From Chrysomallon squamiferum (lineage: Eukaryota > Animalia > Mollusca): a stretch of DNA of 64,000 nucleotides. Shown here piece after piece: positions 13,631 through 29,176 of this stretch. The notes beneath the pieces were generated by a model. The model searched no databases and was not told the DNA's origin. It saw nothing but the letters and a program-made list of their open reading frames with translations. The stretch is taken from the NCBI GenBank assembly GCA_012295275.1, contig CM022677.1:2542001-2606000 (forward strand). Reading direction: 5' to 3'. A program made the position numbers and the translations under genes. The stretch's first letter is position 1. Every line of letters begins with the position of its first letter.

Positions 13631-14982
13631 GATCACTTCATCATTTCATGTTAATCTACAGACACAGTTCATCTGTGTTTGAAACTGTCTTCTTGACAAA
13701 CCACCATCACAGTAGTGACATATGTAAATAGTACATTCAACAATATCATACTTGTACAAAGACTTCTTTGTTTACTTTTTTGTTTTTTAAAGATGATTTC
13801 TCCACACTATATACCTACATGTATTTGTTGTCTTTTAAATAGTTCAATAGTTTACTGAGTGAGAACTATTCCATAGTAAATATAATAATCTATGACATAT
13901 TGAAGATGTATTTACATAAACACTCAGCTCCATTTGAAACATTTTCTTTGCTAGACTGTGTCAAGACAAAATGAGTAAAAAATAATGTATTTATGCTTCA
14001 AATGTTTGGTTGAAAGTTACCTGACTGGGGTTACTTGTTTACATACTACTTGCTGAAAACTGATTAAATATTTGAAGAAACTGAAGTTAAAAATATTCAA
14101 ATAGTCAAATATAAATTTTTATTTTTTTAAATGGATGACATGTGACACAGTAATTTTTGCTATCTTAGGAAAATAAAGACAGTCATCAGAATTTACAGTT
14201 AGACACTGTTCAATAAGTCCTGTTAGTTCATTATGGAAAAGTAGATAAATAAATAAATAAGAACAAAGAAAACAGGTAACTAAAGTTAAAAATTCATTTT
14301 ATTTAATATCATCTGTTTCTGGTATCAGAGACAATAGGTGTCTGTTATTGAGTAGTAATTGCTGCAAAGGTCGAAACATTATTTTTAATTATTATTATTA
14401 ATTGTGTGTGTTTATGATTTTGACGTCGTACCATCTTGTACCCATTTCATACTGTTTAGTTTTTTTCATTTATTTACTTATTTAGTTATTTATTATTATT
14501 TTTTCAGTTATTATTAAGAAGTCGCCAGCCAAAAAACAAACAAACAAACAACATAATAATAATAATAATAATAAAATAAAATAAATAAATAATTTTCACT
14601 CACTTTGGCCGATGAATATTACCATAAAGTGGACACGTTACTCTGCTAAAACTGCATAGCGGACAACTCTGAGTACGTTGTTGTAAAACAGTGCTTGAAA
14701 CCATTTATAATATTTTATTTTAATATTTATTTCCATATTCAAATCATTAGAGGTGGTACAAAAAAATTAGTTAAAAATTAGTTATTTAACTAAAATGCCT
14801 CACAAAATGATAACGAATACTTTTCAATTTACAGGTGGAAACTGTCAAGTCAAGTCAGACTTTGTATTTCTTTTAAAGACTTGGTCAGAAATAGAGGTTT
14901 TCAGATCTCACGCTCTCCCTTACAGGCAGGTCTGAAGATTCAGAGGATTATTTGCAATGTTATGGATTTCAGCTTTGAGAAA

Positions 14983-15014
<32 letters not shown>

Positions 15015-16522
15015 CATGTTATGTTTGTATTGCTTACCTTTAATATATTTGTATCTAATCAATGCATTCTTCTTGTTTAGTATTAGAACATCTTTCATAA
15101 AGAAATATTTTCACTTATCTTTATAAAACACACTTTTTTTAGTTGTATTGATCCTTTTCTTAGAGATCTAAATTTTTATTTAAATTATCTGTTATTTATT
15201 ATTAACAATAAGACGGATGATATTTATTTATAATAATGTCTTTCTAACATTACAGACAATAAAACACAATGGAAAAATACTTCTAAATAATGATTCTATT
15301 AAATTTTATTATTGTATCTACAGGAAAGACATGATTCTGGAATCAGCTTCAGTTACAAGAATATGGAGAAGACTATAATGATTACTTCAAACAGTTGAGA
15401 TATCTACTGATATAGACTAATTATGGATTTTTCTTTCCAAAGCAGTTTCCAGACAGAGAAGTTATTGACAATACACGTCAGTGTTGATTGATTGTTCTCC
15501 AGTAGTTAACAGTGGATGATTCTTGGTTGTTATGAAAGGGAATAAAAAACTTCCACTGTAATGACTAATGACACTGCAAAAGATCTGTGTGTTTCTACAT
15601 TACAAATTAGAAATTAGTGCAGAAGAAGTTAAAAGATGTGGAGTAATGATATTTACAGCTAGACAATGTTGTTTTCATAAAGAATATTAGAAGTTAACTT
15701 GAGAGCAACCATTTGAAGAAATGGAAAGATGATTGACAGAGATATAAGACTGACTGTCTGATGGGAGGTTAACAGGTGAAGAGATAAACAGGAAGATAAA
15801 CAGAAAGAAAGAGAGAGAGACTGATAGACTGACAGACAGATCAGTAGAAGTTAACAAATGAATTCATAGATGTAGATGAATTTAGGCAGATAGTTAAACA
15901 TGTCAGTGTCTGTCTATCTATTCTGTGTTTTCTTCTTTCTGTCACGTGTGTTTGTGTGCCAGGCTGAAAGTGTAGACATACAGATGTATACATAAATCAT
16001 ACAGGTTGTAATGAACCTATGTAGGCTTAGTTAGATATGTAGCTAGGCAGTGTGATAGGGAGTTAGATAGATGATTGAAGGATAGTTATCGATCTGTAAT
16101 GTGGATAGATAAACAGACAGGAAGGTAGGTCAGTAGTGCAATAGATATATATAGATAGTAGGTAGTTCAGTAGGTTTATATGTAATCTAATAGACAGCAA
16201 ACACAGAGAGAGACAGATAAGTAGGTAGGTCAGTAGCTCAGTAGTTTGATATTGAGATATATGTAGATAGTTATCTAATATATATATATATATATAAGAT
16301 TCACAGAGAGACAGATATGTAGGTAGGTCATTCAGCAGTTTGATATGTAGATAGTTAACTAATATATATATATATAAGATTCACAGAGACAGATAGGTAG
16401 TTAGGTCATTCAGCAGTTTGATATGTAGATAGTTAACTAATAGACAGCAGACATACAGCGAGGCAGGTAGGTGGGGGCAAGTATGGATGGTAATGTACAA
16501 TAAGGAATTTGTGTGAATATGT

Positions 16523-16583
<61 letters not shown>

Positions 16584-18920
16584 CACACACACACATGCAG
16601 GTGTTGGTATGCATAAGTTGGACCAGGGACTAGTATACAGATGTGTATTGAAAGGTAAATTTGCTTGTGTTTTTTGTAGTGTGTGAATACATTGAGTATA
16701 TATGTGTGCAAACATACAGAAATATAGGGATATTTGAAGGTGGATATGTAAGTATGTAGGCAAGGAGATGTTTAAATGACTGATTGGTGTATTGATGGTT
16801 ATTGATGTCAGTGGATTTACACGATAAAAGAAAAATAGGCAGATATAAACTGCTAGGTAGGTTGATGGACTGAAAAATTGTATACATAGACATACATATA
16901 GAGATGTATATAGATAGGTAGATAGGTGATAACCACATGGATTGTAATGTAGATGGATTCATTTACTTAGAGATTGCTGGAGGATAGACAGAGATATGTA
17001 AAGATAACTAAACAGTCAGCCAGGTCAGCAGAGGGAATATTTGATAGATGAACACACACACACAAACACACTGATGTGTGATTGGATTGATGAACTGATA
17101 TCTTAAAGGTAGATATACAGAGATAAATACAGATATATTATATAGATAGTTAAACAGAAAGATATAGAGGTTTGAAGAAGTATGTAGTTAGATATACAGG
17201 GAGCTGGACAGATGATTCACAGATGGTTATTGAAAAACGGACATATAAGCTACAGAGATAAACTGATAGGTATGTATGTTACTAGTTTGTCAGACTGATT
17301 TGTAGACAGACTGACAGACATAGATAGACATGAGTTAACCAATGGGTGTGTGTGTGTATGTGTATGTGTGTGTATATATATATATATATATAGATGTATG
17401 AATGTATGTACACACATCACATAGATACATAAACTCACACACACATGTATAGGAAAGATAATGTATTTGTGTGTTTGGAAGATGATTAGTATGTATGTCT
17501 ATGAAAGAATGAGTAACTGTGTGTCTGTGTCTGGGGGGGGGCACTCATAATATGCAAGAAAAGGGAGGATAGATGTTAGAACAGAAGATAGGTAAATTGA
17601 TAGACAGAAGAAAGGTAGGTAATTACTAGAAAGATAAATAGATGCAAGGAGGCATGAAAGTATATACCTGCAACACAGTCATAAAGACTGAGTCTGTTTG
17701 GTTGTTAGAGAGAGTGTTGTTTTATATATATAAATAGAAATAGTGTATTTAAATAATTATGATCTGCTGATAAGAAGGTAAATATGATAAGATAATATTT
17801 TCTGTAAAAGAGCACATTAATCACAGAACCTATAATACTTAATTATCTGGTAAAATAAATAATCCATCTAATTAGAATAATTTCGAGAGAGAGAGAGAAA
17901 GTAAAAAAGCCAGAGGGAGATATTTATATGTCATAACATATTCTTAAGTACATACACTTCTGTCCATACTCTGTTGGCCTGTCTGTACATCTGTATATAG
18001 AAAGGGCTTTCAAATTAATGGCACTGTATTCAAAATTAGAAAAAGTAGCAATACCCTATGTATCCATCTGTTCATCTGTCTTCAGTAACTATCTCTGTCT
18101 AAGTAGATATATCTATTTATCTATCATAATCTGTCATTTCTTTAACCAGTTAAATGCTAATGTACTAATTAGCCATTTCCTTTTGAATGTTGCTACCCCT
18201 ACACCACAGTGAGGTTCAGTATACATAATGATTAGTATTTTCTTAATGATTTGTATTTGTCAAATGTTAGTATTTGTGTAATCTCTGTCTCTCTGTCTGT
18301 CTGTCCTACTCTCTATCTCTCTCTTTCTTGCACTCTATCTCTTCATCTAGCTGCATCTCTCAGTTTCTTTCTGAATCTCTCTTTCTCTCTGTTCTCTCTC
18401 TGTCTCTCTCTCTCTTTCTCTCTGTTCTCTCTCTGTCTCTCTCTCTCTTTCTCTCTTCATCTCTCTCTGTCTCTCAGCCTCGCTCTGTCTGACTCTTTCT
18501 CACTGTCTCTGTATCTCTCTTTCTCTGTCTTTCTCTCTCTCTCTAACTCACTTTCTTCTCTCAACACAAAATTAACAATTTTACCTAAAGCAAAGTTAAC
18601 CAACAGCAAAAGCATTAGCTATAACAGCAATATCAACAATAACTACAATAATAAAAATAATTACGTACTACAATGACAATAATAACAATAATATCAACAA
18701 TAAAAATAAAAACAAACAAAACTTAAAGATAGATGAATCACAGATACACTCACACTCACATAAACATAATTAAACTTTTAAACAGTATGAGAAATTATAT
18801 TTGTGGAATTTAAATAATGTGTCAGTATGAAAAGGCTGAAAAACAGTATTTACATGTATTTGAAATAGTAAGTTTTTAATAAAGAAACATTTTAAATCAA
18901 TTAAGAATGCACAAATAGAG

Positions 18921-18951
<31 letters not shown>

Positions 18952-19740
18952 TAATAATAATAATAATAATAATTACTAAAGTTAGTCAGTTTAATAGACT
19001 AGGTAGTCTAAGGGAATTAACTCTTTTGTCCATTTATAATAAGAATGAATATAACCATGATTATGAATAACAACATTAACAATAACAGATTTTGGAAAAG
19101 GAAAATAAAAATAAAATAATGATATAATTTCAAATTTAGATTTCTGTTTCATTTAATTTGTTTAGTTAAGTGCTAAAGAAATTATGAAAAAAGTTATATT
19201 TCTTTATCGTGTATGGGATATACTGTTTAATTATTCAGCAAAGATAACAAAAAATAATTTTAATAAAAAAAATATTCACATAATAGAAGACTGTAACAGC
19301 AGAATAAAAATAAACTTTAAGAAATAAAAACGAATAATTGTACTGAATTAAGTATAATTCAAATTTGGGTCTGGGTTGTGGGGTGAGGTGTACACATGAC
19401 CCCTGCCCTGGTCCCACGCCCTCAGACAGCTTGTGAAGAACCAAGTTGAAAGTTTAAAGTTTCTTGTCAGCATGTTCATGTTGCTGAGATTCTGTGATCG
19501 AATCTCGGCATACAGCGTTTTTGAAGGGTTTTGTTTCATTGATGTTTTCCACTCCTTGTTGTTTCCGGCACTTTTCTAGCTCATATTCGTCACCGGGTCC
19601 ATGCTGGTTGTGTCCTGTTTGTTTGTTCTGTGCTTGGCTGCTGTTGATGTTTCCTTGTTCTTTTTGACTGCGTCCCTCTGGTCCAACAATTCCAAACTTT
19701 TTTTTTTTTTTTTTGCCATTGATCTTTGTTGTTGTTGTTG

Positions 19741-20958
19741 TGGAGAGGTCTGTGTTATTGTGTGCTTGTTGTGAAGAGTGGAGAGGTCTGTGTTATTGAG
19801 TGCTTGTTGTGAAGAGTGGAGAGGTCTGTGTTATTGTGTGCTTGTTGTGAAGAATGGAGAGGTCTGTGTTATTGTTTGCTTGTTGTGAAGAATGGAGAGG
19901 TCTGTGTTATTGTGTACTTGTTGTGAAGAGTGGAGAGGTCTGTGTTATTGAGTGCTTGTTGTGAAGAGTGGAGAGGTCTGTGTTATTGTGTGCTTGTTGT
20001 GAAGAGTGGAGAGGTCTGTGTTATTGTGTGCTTGTTGTGAGGAATGGAGAGGTCTGTGTTATTGAGTGCTAGTTGTGAAGAGTGGAGAGGTCTGTGTTAT
20101 TGAGTGCTTGTTGTGAAGAGTGGAGAGGTCTGTGTTATTGTTTGCTTGTTGTGAAGAGTGGAGAGGTCTGTGTTATTGAGTGCTTGTTGTGAAGAGTGGA
20201 GAGGTCTGTGTTATTGAGTGCTTGTTGTGAAGAGTGGAGAGGTCTGTGTTATTGAGTGCTTGTTGTGAAGAGTGGAGAGGTCTGTGTTATTGAGTGCTTG
20301 TTGTGAAGAGTGGAGAGGTCTGTGTTATTGAGTGCTTGTTGTGAAGAGTGGAGAGGTCTGTGTTATCGAGTGCTTGTTGTGAAGAATGGAGAGGTCTGTG
20401 TTATTGAGTGCTTGTTGTGAAGAGTGGAGAGGTCTGTGTTATTGAGTGCTTGTTGTGAGGAGTGGAGAGGTCTGTGTTATTGAGTGCTTGTTGTGAAGAG
20501 TGGAGAGGTCTGTGTTATTGAGTGCTTGTTGTGAAGAGTGGAGAGGTCTGTGTTATTGAGTGCTTGTTGTGAAGAGTGGAGAGGTCTGTGTTATTGAGTG
20601 CTTGTTGTGAAGAGTGGAGAGGTCTGTGTTATTGAGTGCTTGTTGTGAAGAGTGGAGAGGTCTGTGTTATCGAGTGCTTGTTGTGAAGAATGGAGAGGTC
20701 TGTGTTATTGAGTGCTTGTTGTGAAGAGTGGAGAGGTCTGTGTTATTGAGTGCTTGTTGTGAGGAGTGGAGAGGTCTGTGTTATTGAGTGCTTGTTGTGA
20801 AGAGTGGAGAGGTCTGTGTTATTGTTTGCTTGTTGTGAAGAGTGGAGAGGTCTGTGTTATTGTGTGCTTGTTGTGAAGAGTGGAGAGGTCTGTGTTATTG
20901 AGTGCTTGTTGTGAAGAGTGGAGAGGCCTGTGTTATTAGTGTGCTTGTTGTGAAGAGT
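19741..20958. repeat. 38-bp minisatellite, ~32 highly homogeneous copies
   Basis: Unit TGGAGAGGTCTGTGTTATTGAGTGCTTGTTGTGAAGAG in head-to-tail copies with no unique spacers. Confidence 0.97.
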
Positions 20959-21793
20959 GTGTAAATGGTTGGTACTGTTTGGTGTTTTTTTTTTGTTCAC
21001 TGTTGTTTTGTGTTTTGGGGATTTCTCTTGTCTGTGTGTAATTTAAGTCTTTGTTGTCTGTGGAGATCTTGAAGCCCAAGTGGTCTTCAATTATTTTCGT
21101 CTGCTCAAACTGGATCCGTCAGTTATGTTTCCTTGGTTGTTTCTGATGTTTTGCTGTTCGATGAGGAGGCAGACAATAATTTTGTGTATTTCTGCAATTC
21201 TGACCTCCTTGTCTAGGTTCTCTTTTGGTTTGTTGTTGTGGTGGTCGATTTTTTCAATGGTGGTTTTGTTTTTTTGTTCGATTTTTTTGCATTTTTTGTT
21301 AACGTTTTGTAGAATTTTGTTTTCTGTTATGTTCAAAGTTGTTGTAATTTTTGATGGGCACATTTTGTAATGTGATGAGTGTGGACCCTGCCAGAGAATG
21401 GCATTGGCCCAAGTTTCTGTGGTGATTTCCACCGCAGAAACTGCACATTAGTGATTTCGGGTTGTGTCTGTGGGTGCATTGGTTTGTGATGTACCCCCAT
21501 TTCTGACTTGGGCAACTGTGGCCTCATTTCTGCCAGTGTGTATTTGTACCAATCAATGGTGATGGTTGTGTTTGTTAATTTGCTGCTAAACGTCAGTGTG
21601 GTCCAGTAGCTTGGATTTTTCCACATTTCCACACTGACTAATTTAGCTTTTGTTTGATGTATTATTTCTTTGTTGAACATCTCAAAGAAATCATGCTTGT
21701 CTGCATACGGGTAGTAAAAACCCAAATCTTTGGAGATGTATTTGTGAATTGTTGTTTCTTTGTTTTTGTTGTGTGTTTTGGTTGTTGTTATGG

Positions 21794-22210
21794 TGTAATG
21801 AGTGTCTGGGCTGTTGTTGTTGTGTAATGAGTGTTTGTTTTGGTTGTTGTTGTTGTGTAATGAGTGTTTGTTTTGGTTGTTGTTGTTGTGTAATGAGTGT
21901 TTGTTTGGGTTGATGTTTTTTTGTAATGAGTGTTTGTTTTGGCTGCTGTTGTTGTGTAATGAGTGTTTGTTTGGGTTGTTGTTGTTGTGTAATGAGTGTT
22001 TGTTTGGGTTGTTGTTGTTGTGTAATGAGTGTTTGTTTTGGCTGCTGTTGTTGTGTAATGAGTGTTTGTTTTGGCTGCTGTTGTTGTGTAATGAGTGTTT
22101 GTTTGGGTTGTTGTTGTTGTGTAATGAGTGTGTGTTTTGGCTGCTGTTGTTGTGTAATGAGTGTTTGTTTTGGTTGTTGTTGTTGTGTAATGAGTGTTTT
22201 TCTGGGTTGT
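21794..22210. repeat. 33-bp minisatellite (~12 copies)
   Basis: Unit GTAATGAGTGTTTGTTTTGGTTGTTGTTGTTGT; gives the repetitive LLLLCNECLFW ORF. Confidence 0.95.
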
Positions 22211-22535
22211 TGTGTTGGTGTTTTCTTTGTTTGTTTGGTGTCAGGGATTATTTTTGGTAAAACCCTGACAGTAAATACTTCATCCCAGATAGTTATGCTG
22301 GGACCTGTAGCTTTTAATGATTTTGTATCTATTTCGAAATATATTTCTTTTCCATTCTGATTTTTGTTTATTTTAGTTGTTTTGTTGATGATGTTTATTT
22401 GCGCTTCAGTTTTTGTCTGCTGTTTTCAATCAGCTTTTCATCTGAATGATGCAAACATTAACAACCAAACACTTACTGTTGAGTGTTAATTTAGATTTGT
22501 ATATTATATCATATTAATCTCTCTCTCTCTCTCTA

Positions 22536-22571
<36 letters not shown>

Positions 22572-22737
22572 CACATATATATATATATGTACATATACAC
22601 ACACACACACACACACACACGTATATTTTCTAACTATTTAGATTTGACAAATTTCTCATTATTATATTCTTTCTTTTTCTGCTGATAGTTAAAATACAGT
22701 TGCCAAGTTTCTTGATATTATTTTTCATTTACTTCAG

Positions 22738-23861
<1,124 letters not shown>

Positions 23862-24209
23862 GTAATGCTGTACGTTTTTTTTTTTAATCATAGTTACAAT
23901 TAATGCTCTTTTCTCTTCTTTTTTTTTGTTCTTGTTTGTTTCTGGTTGTTGGTTTAGGTATATTTTTATAGGATGATGCAATTATTATAATTATGTAAAG
24001 AATACTTTTTTAAATGTTATTTTAATTCTGGAGAGAAATCTGACAATATTATCACCAGAAATATGTTTTTTATTATCCTGTCTTATTGTTTTGTTTTTAC
24101 GCTCTCATTTTCTCAAATTTCATTTATATATCTATATCTATCTATCTATCTATCTATATATATATATAAATAGAGAGATACATAGATCTACATCTCATTT
24201 ACTCTGTCT

Positions 24210-25645
24210 CTGATAATAGTCTGTGTGTGTGTGAGTGAGAGTGTGTATCAGCAATAGTGATAATTGCTCTCAGATAATAGTGAGTGTGTGTATGTCTATC
24301 AGCAATAGTGATAGCTACTACTCAGATAACAGTGTGCATGTGATAATTGCTACTCAGGTAATGTGTGTGTGTCTGCGTGAGTATCAGCAATAGTGATAAC
24401 TGGAACTCGAATAATATGTGTGTTTGAGTGAGTCTGTGTATCAGCAACAGAGATAACTGCTGCTACTCAGATATTAGAGTCGGTGTTTGAGTGAATTAGC
24501 AAAAGTGATAATTTCTACTGAGATAATGTGAGTCAGTGTGTTTGTATCAGGAATAGTGTTAATTGCTACTGCTCAGATAATAATGTGTGCATATCAGCAA
24601 GAGTGATAATTGCTACTCAGATTATGTGTGTGTTTGAGTGAGTCAGTATGTGTGTATCAGCAATAGTGATAATTTATATTCACATAATAGTGTGTATCAA
24701 CAATAGTGATAATTGCTACTCAGATAATAAGGTGTGTGTGTTTGAATGTATCAACAATAGTGATAACTGCTACTCAGATGCTAGTGTGAGTGAGTTGATG
24801 TGAGTGTATCAGCAATAGTGATAATTTCTACTCAGATAGTAGTGTGTGTGTGCCTGTATATCAGCTATAGTGATAATTGCTAGCCAGATAGTAGTGTGTG
24901 TGTGCCTGTATATCAGCTATAGTGATAATTGCTAGCCAGATAGTAGTGTGTGTGTGCCTGAATATCAGCTATAGTGATAATTGCTAGTCAGATAATGTGA
25001 GTGAATCAGCAATAGTGATAACTGCTACTAGTCAGATAATAGTGTGTATGTGAGTGAGTGTTTGTATATCAACAATAGTGATAATTGCTACTCAGATAAT
25101 AGTGTGTGTGTGCGTGTGAGTGAATCGGCAATAGTGATAATTGTTATTCATATAGTGTGTGTGTGTGTTAGTGTGAGTGTATTAACAGTAGTGATAATTA
25201 CTACTCCAGTAATGTGTATGTGAATGAGTGAGTAGTGAGTTTCTCTGAGTGTATCAGCAATAGTGATTGTTGCTACTCAGATAATAGTATGTGTGTGTGA
25301 ATCGGCAAAAGTGATAATTGCTACTCAGATAATAGTATGTGTGTGTGTGTGTAAGTGAGTATATCAGCAATAGTGATAGTTCTTACTCAGATAATAGTGT
25401 GTATGTGAGTGAGTGTTTGTGTATCAGCAATAGTGATAGTTCTTACTCAGATAATAGTGTGTGTGTGAGTGTGAGTGTATCACAAATAATGAAAATTGCT
25501 ACCACTCAGGTAATTGTGTGTGTGTTTGTTTGTGAGTGAGTGAATGTGTATCATGAATAATGATAATTGCTACTCAGATAATGTTTTTGTGTGTGACTGA
25601 ATCAGCAATATTGATGATTGCTACTCAGATACTGTGCATGTGTGT
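24210..25645. repeat. Degenerate ~45-65-bp satellite with (TG)n linkers
   Basis: Recurrent core TATCAGCAATAGTGATAATTGCTACTCAGATAATAG; the array resumes at 27112-27445. Confidence 0.9.
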
Positions 25646-25647
25646 GT

Positions 25648-27110
25648 GGTGTCATCCCATCTTGTCGAATCCCATTTTTGCCAAAATTAATACAGAAATA
25701 ACAACCTGATCCTACTTCGCTTCTGAATGGGTTAATCCAAAATGGTAAATGTATTATTTGTTTTGTGTCTTGTGTGATCTTTTATTTCTTGAAAATTGGT
25801 TAATCCTCCTTTGTTTCACAAATTGTTTTGTTTAACCTGTTAATCCAATCTTCTCTGTCAGTTAAAAACAATCAAATCTTGTGCTATCTTTTTTTAGAAA
25901 ACTGGTTAATCTTCCTTTGTTTTACATTGTTTTGTTTAGCCTATTGATCAAATCTTCCCTGGCTTGTTTAACATTTTCAATTGCATCCCGTGTCTTGTTT
26001 TATTTTTGTTAATCACCCACCTGATAACCAGACAGCCATTCATTTCATGAGCACATCTGCAAGCGGGTGAGAGACAAAATCACACAACAGATCTACAATG
26101 ATGAGATTGTCCACCACGATGACAACGACGTTCCCGCCTTGCCTACCTTCCACAGTGTGAAGAGCACCTTGTACCATCATCATAAAACCACATCCCCGAC
26201 CTCCCAGCCTCCAGAGAAGAGCTGCACCTACAAGCACCCTGCACACAAATACAAGATGCTTCCTCTTGTTCTCGGATGGAGATGCTGACAAGATGGTGGA
26301 TTTCTCAACTGATGATCAGCTCAGAGATCTACAGACAGCTGAGACAATCTACATGGAAAGGACGTTCTCCTCTTTCCCTGGTTTGTGGAATCAGTTGTAC
26401 ATTGTGCATGGATCCCTCTCCTGTTTGCGTTGTTGCCAGGTTCCATTCAATGCTCAACAGATTTCTACCCCACCAGCACCCAACATCTACAAGTTTGTAG
26501 ACCTCATCCAAGGAATTGAGAAGGCAGAGCGGGACAAAAGGATTCAGATCCAGTTTGGAGTTGCTAGGACATCTCAAGAGACAGTTTGGAGGTGTAGGAC
26601 GTCTCAAGAGACAGTTTGGAGGTGTAGGACGTCTCAAGAGACAGTTTGGAGGTGTAGGACGTCTCAAGAGACATTTTGGAGATGTAGGACGTCTCAAGAG
26701 ACAGTTTGGAGGTGTAGGACGTCTCAAGAGACAGTTTGGAGATGTAGGACGTCTCAAGAGATAGTTGTAGGCTGGAGACAAGACACCTCTCCAGTACCTC
26801 GATGCAGTTGGACACCTCGAGAAACTTGAACTTCGTAACTTGGTTGATCATAGTGTATCTGAACACAGTATCCCTGAACTTGGAATAATACTGTCTCTGA
26901 ACATAGTGCTTGAACTTTGAATAATACTATCTCTGAATATAGTGCTTGAATGTTATATAAACAAATTCAACTTGTTTTGTTATTCCTCTGTGGCCGGTAC
27001 ATAGGATTTGACAGGATTGGACGACACTCAACCCTGTGGCCTAGTCCATTGTCTTATCTGAGGTACTGTGAATGGGATTAGGTTATGTCTTCCACATGAT
27101 GGAATAGAAC
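25648..27110 (+). mobile_element. Mutator/MULE DNA transposon, internally deleted
   Basis: LPTFHSVKSTLYHHH and FSTDDQLRDLQTAETIYMERTFSSFPGLWNQLYIVHG (MULE DGTF-like region); imperfect TIRs GTGTCATCCCATCTTGTCGAA vs rev-comp GTTCTATTCCATCATGTGGAA (15/21 identical); inserted within (TG)n of the satellite. Confidence 0.8.
26565..26770. repeat. 30-bp minisatellite (~7 copies) within the MULE
   Basis: Unit TAGGACGTCTCAAGAGACAGTTTGGAGGTG. Confidence 0.95.
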
Positions 27111-27942
27111 TGTGTGTGTGTGTGTGAGTGTATCTGTGTATTGGCAATAGTGTTAATTGCTACTCAGATAATAGTGTGTGTATGTGTGAGTGAGTGTGTG
27201 TTCATCAGCAGTAGTGATAATTGTTACTGCTCAGATAATAGTGTGTGTGTGTATCATCAATATAATAATATAATAATAATAACAGATAATATTGTGTATG
27301 TGTGTGTGTGTGTGTGTGGTGTCATCCCATCTTGATGAATCCCATTTTGTCGAAATTAATACAGAAATAACAACCTGACCCTACCTCGCTGCTGATAATT
27401 GCAACTCGGATAATAGTGTGTGTGAATGAGTGTGTATGTGTGTGTTAAGAAATATTTGGTTATCAGTTTATGTTTAATGCTTTGTACAAAATACTCAGAC
27501 CTATTTTATTTAAATTTAAGCTGGAAACTGACAGTGCCCTTAATCATTGTTTATACCACCAAGAGACACATCTCTGAGTTAAAGAGCTTGAATAGCCTAA
27601 ACCTAACCCTTACTCTCATCCTAAGACTAACACTAAACTAAGCTAATCCAGTAGTAAAAATAAGAAAAAAGAAGGAATAATAAATAAAAGGTTTTATTAT
27701 TGTTAATGCTGTTGTTGTGTTGTTTTCCTTTTAAATTATTTATATAAATTTATTAATTTTAGGGTCTCACTGTCAAGAAGTCAGGGAGAAAATTAAATCA
27801 TCTTGTAGTTGTCTCCTTTTAGTTGCAGACAGCTTCCTGATTAAACTGACAGCACTTGGAGGACATCCTGGTAAACAGTTATAGTCATTTTTTTTTTTTT
27901 TTAACATTTATATGGTTCACATTTATTGAAATTTCATCTCCT

Positions 27943-27981
<39 letters not shown>

Positions 27982-28678
27982 TCTTCCTCTAGTTGTTGGG
28001 TAATATGATGCGCTGTCCAGCCATTCTTGCAGATAAAGGAAACAGTCAACTTCTGACACTGTCACTAGGCGATTTCCTTTGACACTGCAGCCAAATTGAA
28101 AGGTCATGGTGAGTGATTATATAGTATGTAGTAATAACAGTTCGCAGCTATCTATCTTTCTATATATCTATCTGTAATAATAAACATCACATTCTGCTTA
28201 TTTGTGAATATTTATATTTGATTGTCTCTCTCACTTCAAGTTTTTCTGTAGTTCTTCTCCATATATGCATCCTTCATCTTCTCTCTCTCTCTCTCTGTCA
28301 TAATAATATAGAAAAGAACAGAAAGTGATGAAAGTATTTTAAATTTCTAGACTCTAAGGAGTGTATTCTGTCTGTTGATGAATTGAACACTGTCACTGGG
28401 GCCAAGAAAGATGGAGAAGTACCTACCTGGCTTCAGGTAATAAAGTATATGTATGTGCTGTATTCTGTTTGTGTGTAATTTTTCATTTTTCCATTTGTAT
28501 ATTAGACATACATACACATAAAGAGACACGTAGGCAGATATATAGATAGACATACAGATATACAGATTTTGTTAATATATGTGGTATCTTATTATGATTA
28601 TTATTTTAACAATTTCACAGACTTAAAACAGACAGAAAGCTAGAAAGACAGACAAATATAAAACAAAAGAATACAGAG

Positions 28679-28710
<32 letters not shown>

Positions 28711-28952
28711 CTGTAATTTTTGGATAAATAGTTTTAAAAAGTTGTAACTAAATTATTTTTATTATCTTTATTTTCTTTACAAATACATACACAGATTTTA
28801 TTATAAAAACACACACACATATATATATATATATTTGTTTGAATAAAATCTACATATGTGTTTATAATTAAAAGAACAAGAAAATAAAGTTAACAAAAAC
28901 TGTAGTTACTGGTGTGTGTGTGTGTGTGTGCGTGTGTGTGTGTGTGCATGTG

Positions 28953-28987
<35 letters not shown>

Positions 28988-29176
28988 AAAGAGAGAGGAG
29001 CGAGAGAGACTAATAAATACAAAATGATTAACATGAAATAACATTTCTTATTACAATACTTAACATATATCTCAACTTTTACATTAATTTCTAAAACTTT
29101 CCTTTCTTTTTAATGTAAAGAACAATATATTCCTTCTCACATATAAACAGTTGTTAAAATCAAACTTTCACTCCAG

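Larger units (their letters stand above)
19360..22480 (-). mobile_element. Possible retroelement 5'/ORF1 relic carrying both minisatellites
   Basis: Strong G/T skew on the + strand, with broken Lys/Thr/Asn-rich ORFs on the - strand (21333-21725, 21091-21432, 19348-19539). No diagnostic catalytic motif seen. Confidence 0.35.

Noticed and set aside
19741-20958. 38-bp repeat array as a CRISPR array
   Set aside because: Units are contiguous with no unique spacers, no cas genes, and the context is eukaryotic.
21802-22360. Cys-rich repetitive ORFs as metallothionein- or keratin-like proteins
   Set aside because: Translation artefacts of the 33-bp minisatellite.
24210-25645. Conserved ~35-bp core with variable linkers as a CRISPR-like repeat-spacer array
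   Set aside because: Linkers are (TG)/(TGAG) microsatellite of variable length, not unique spacers, and the cores are degenerate.
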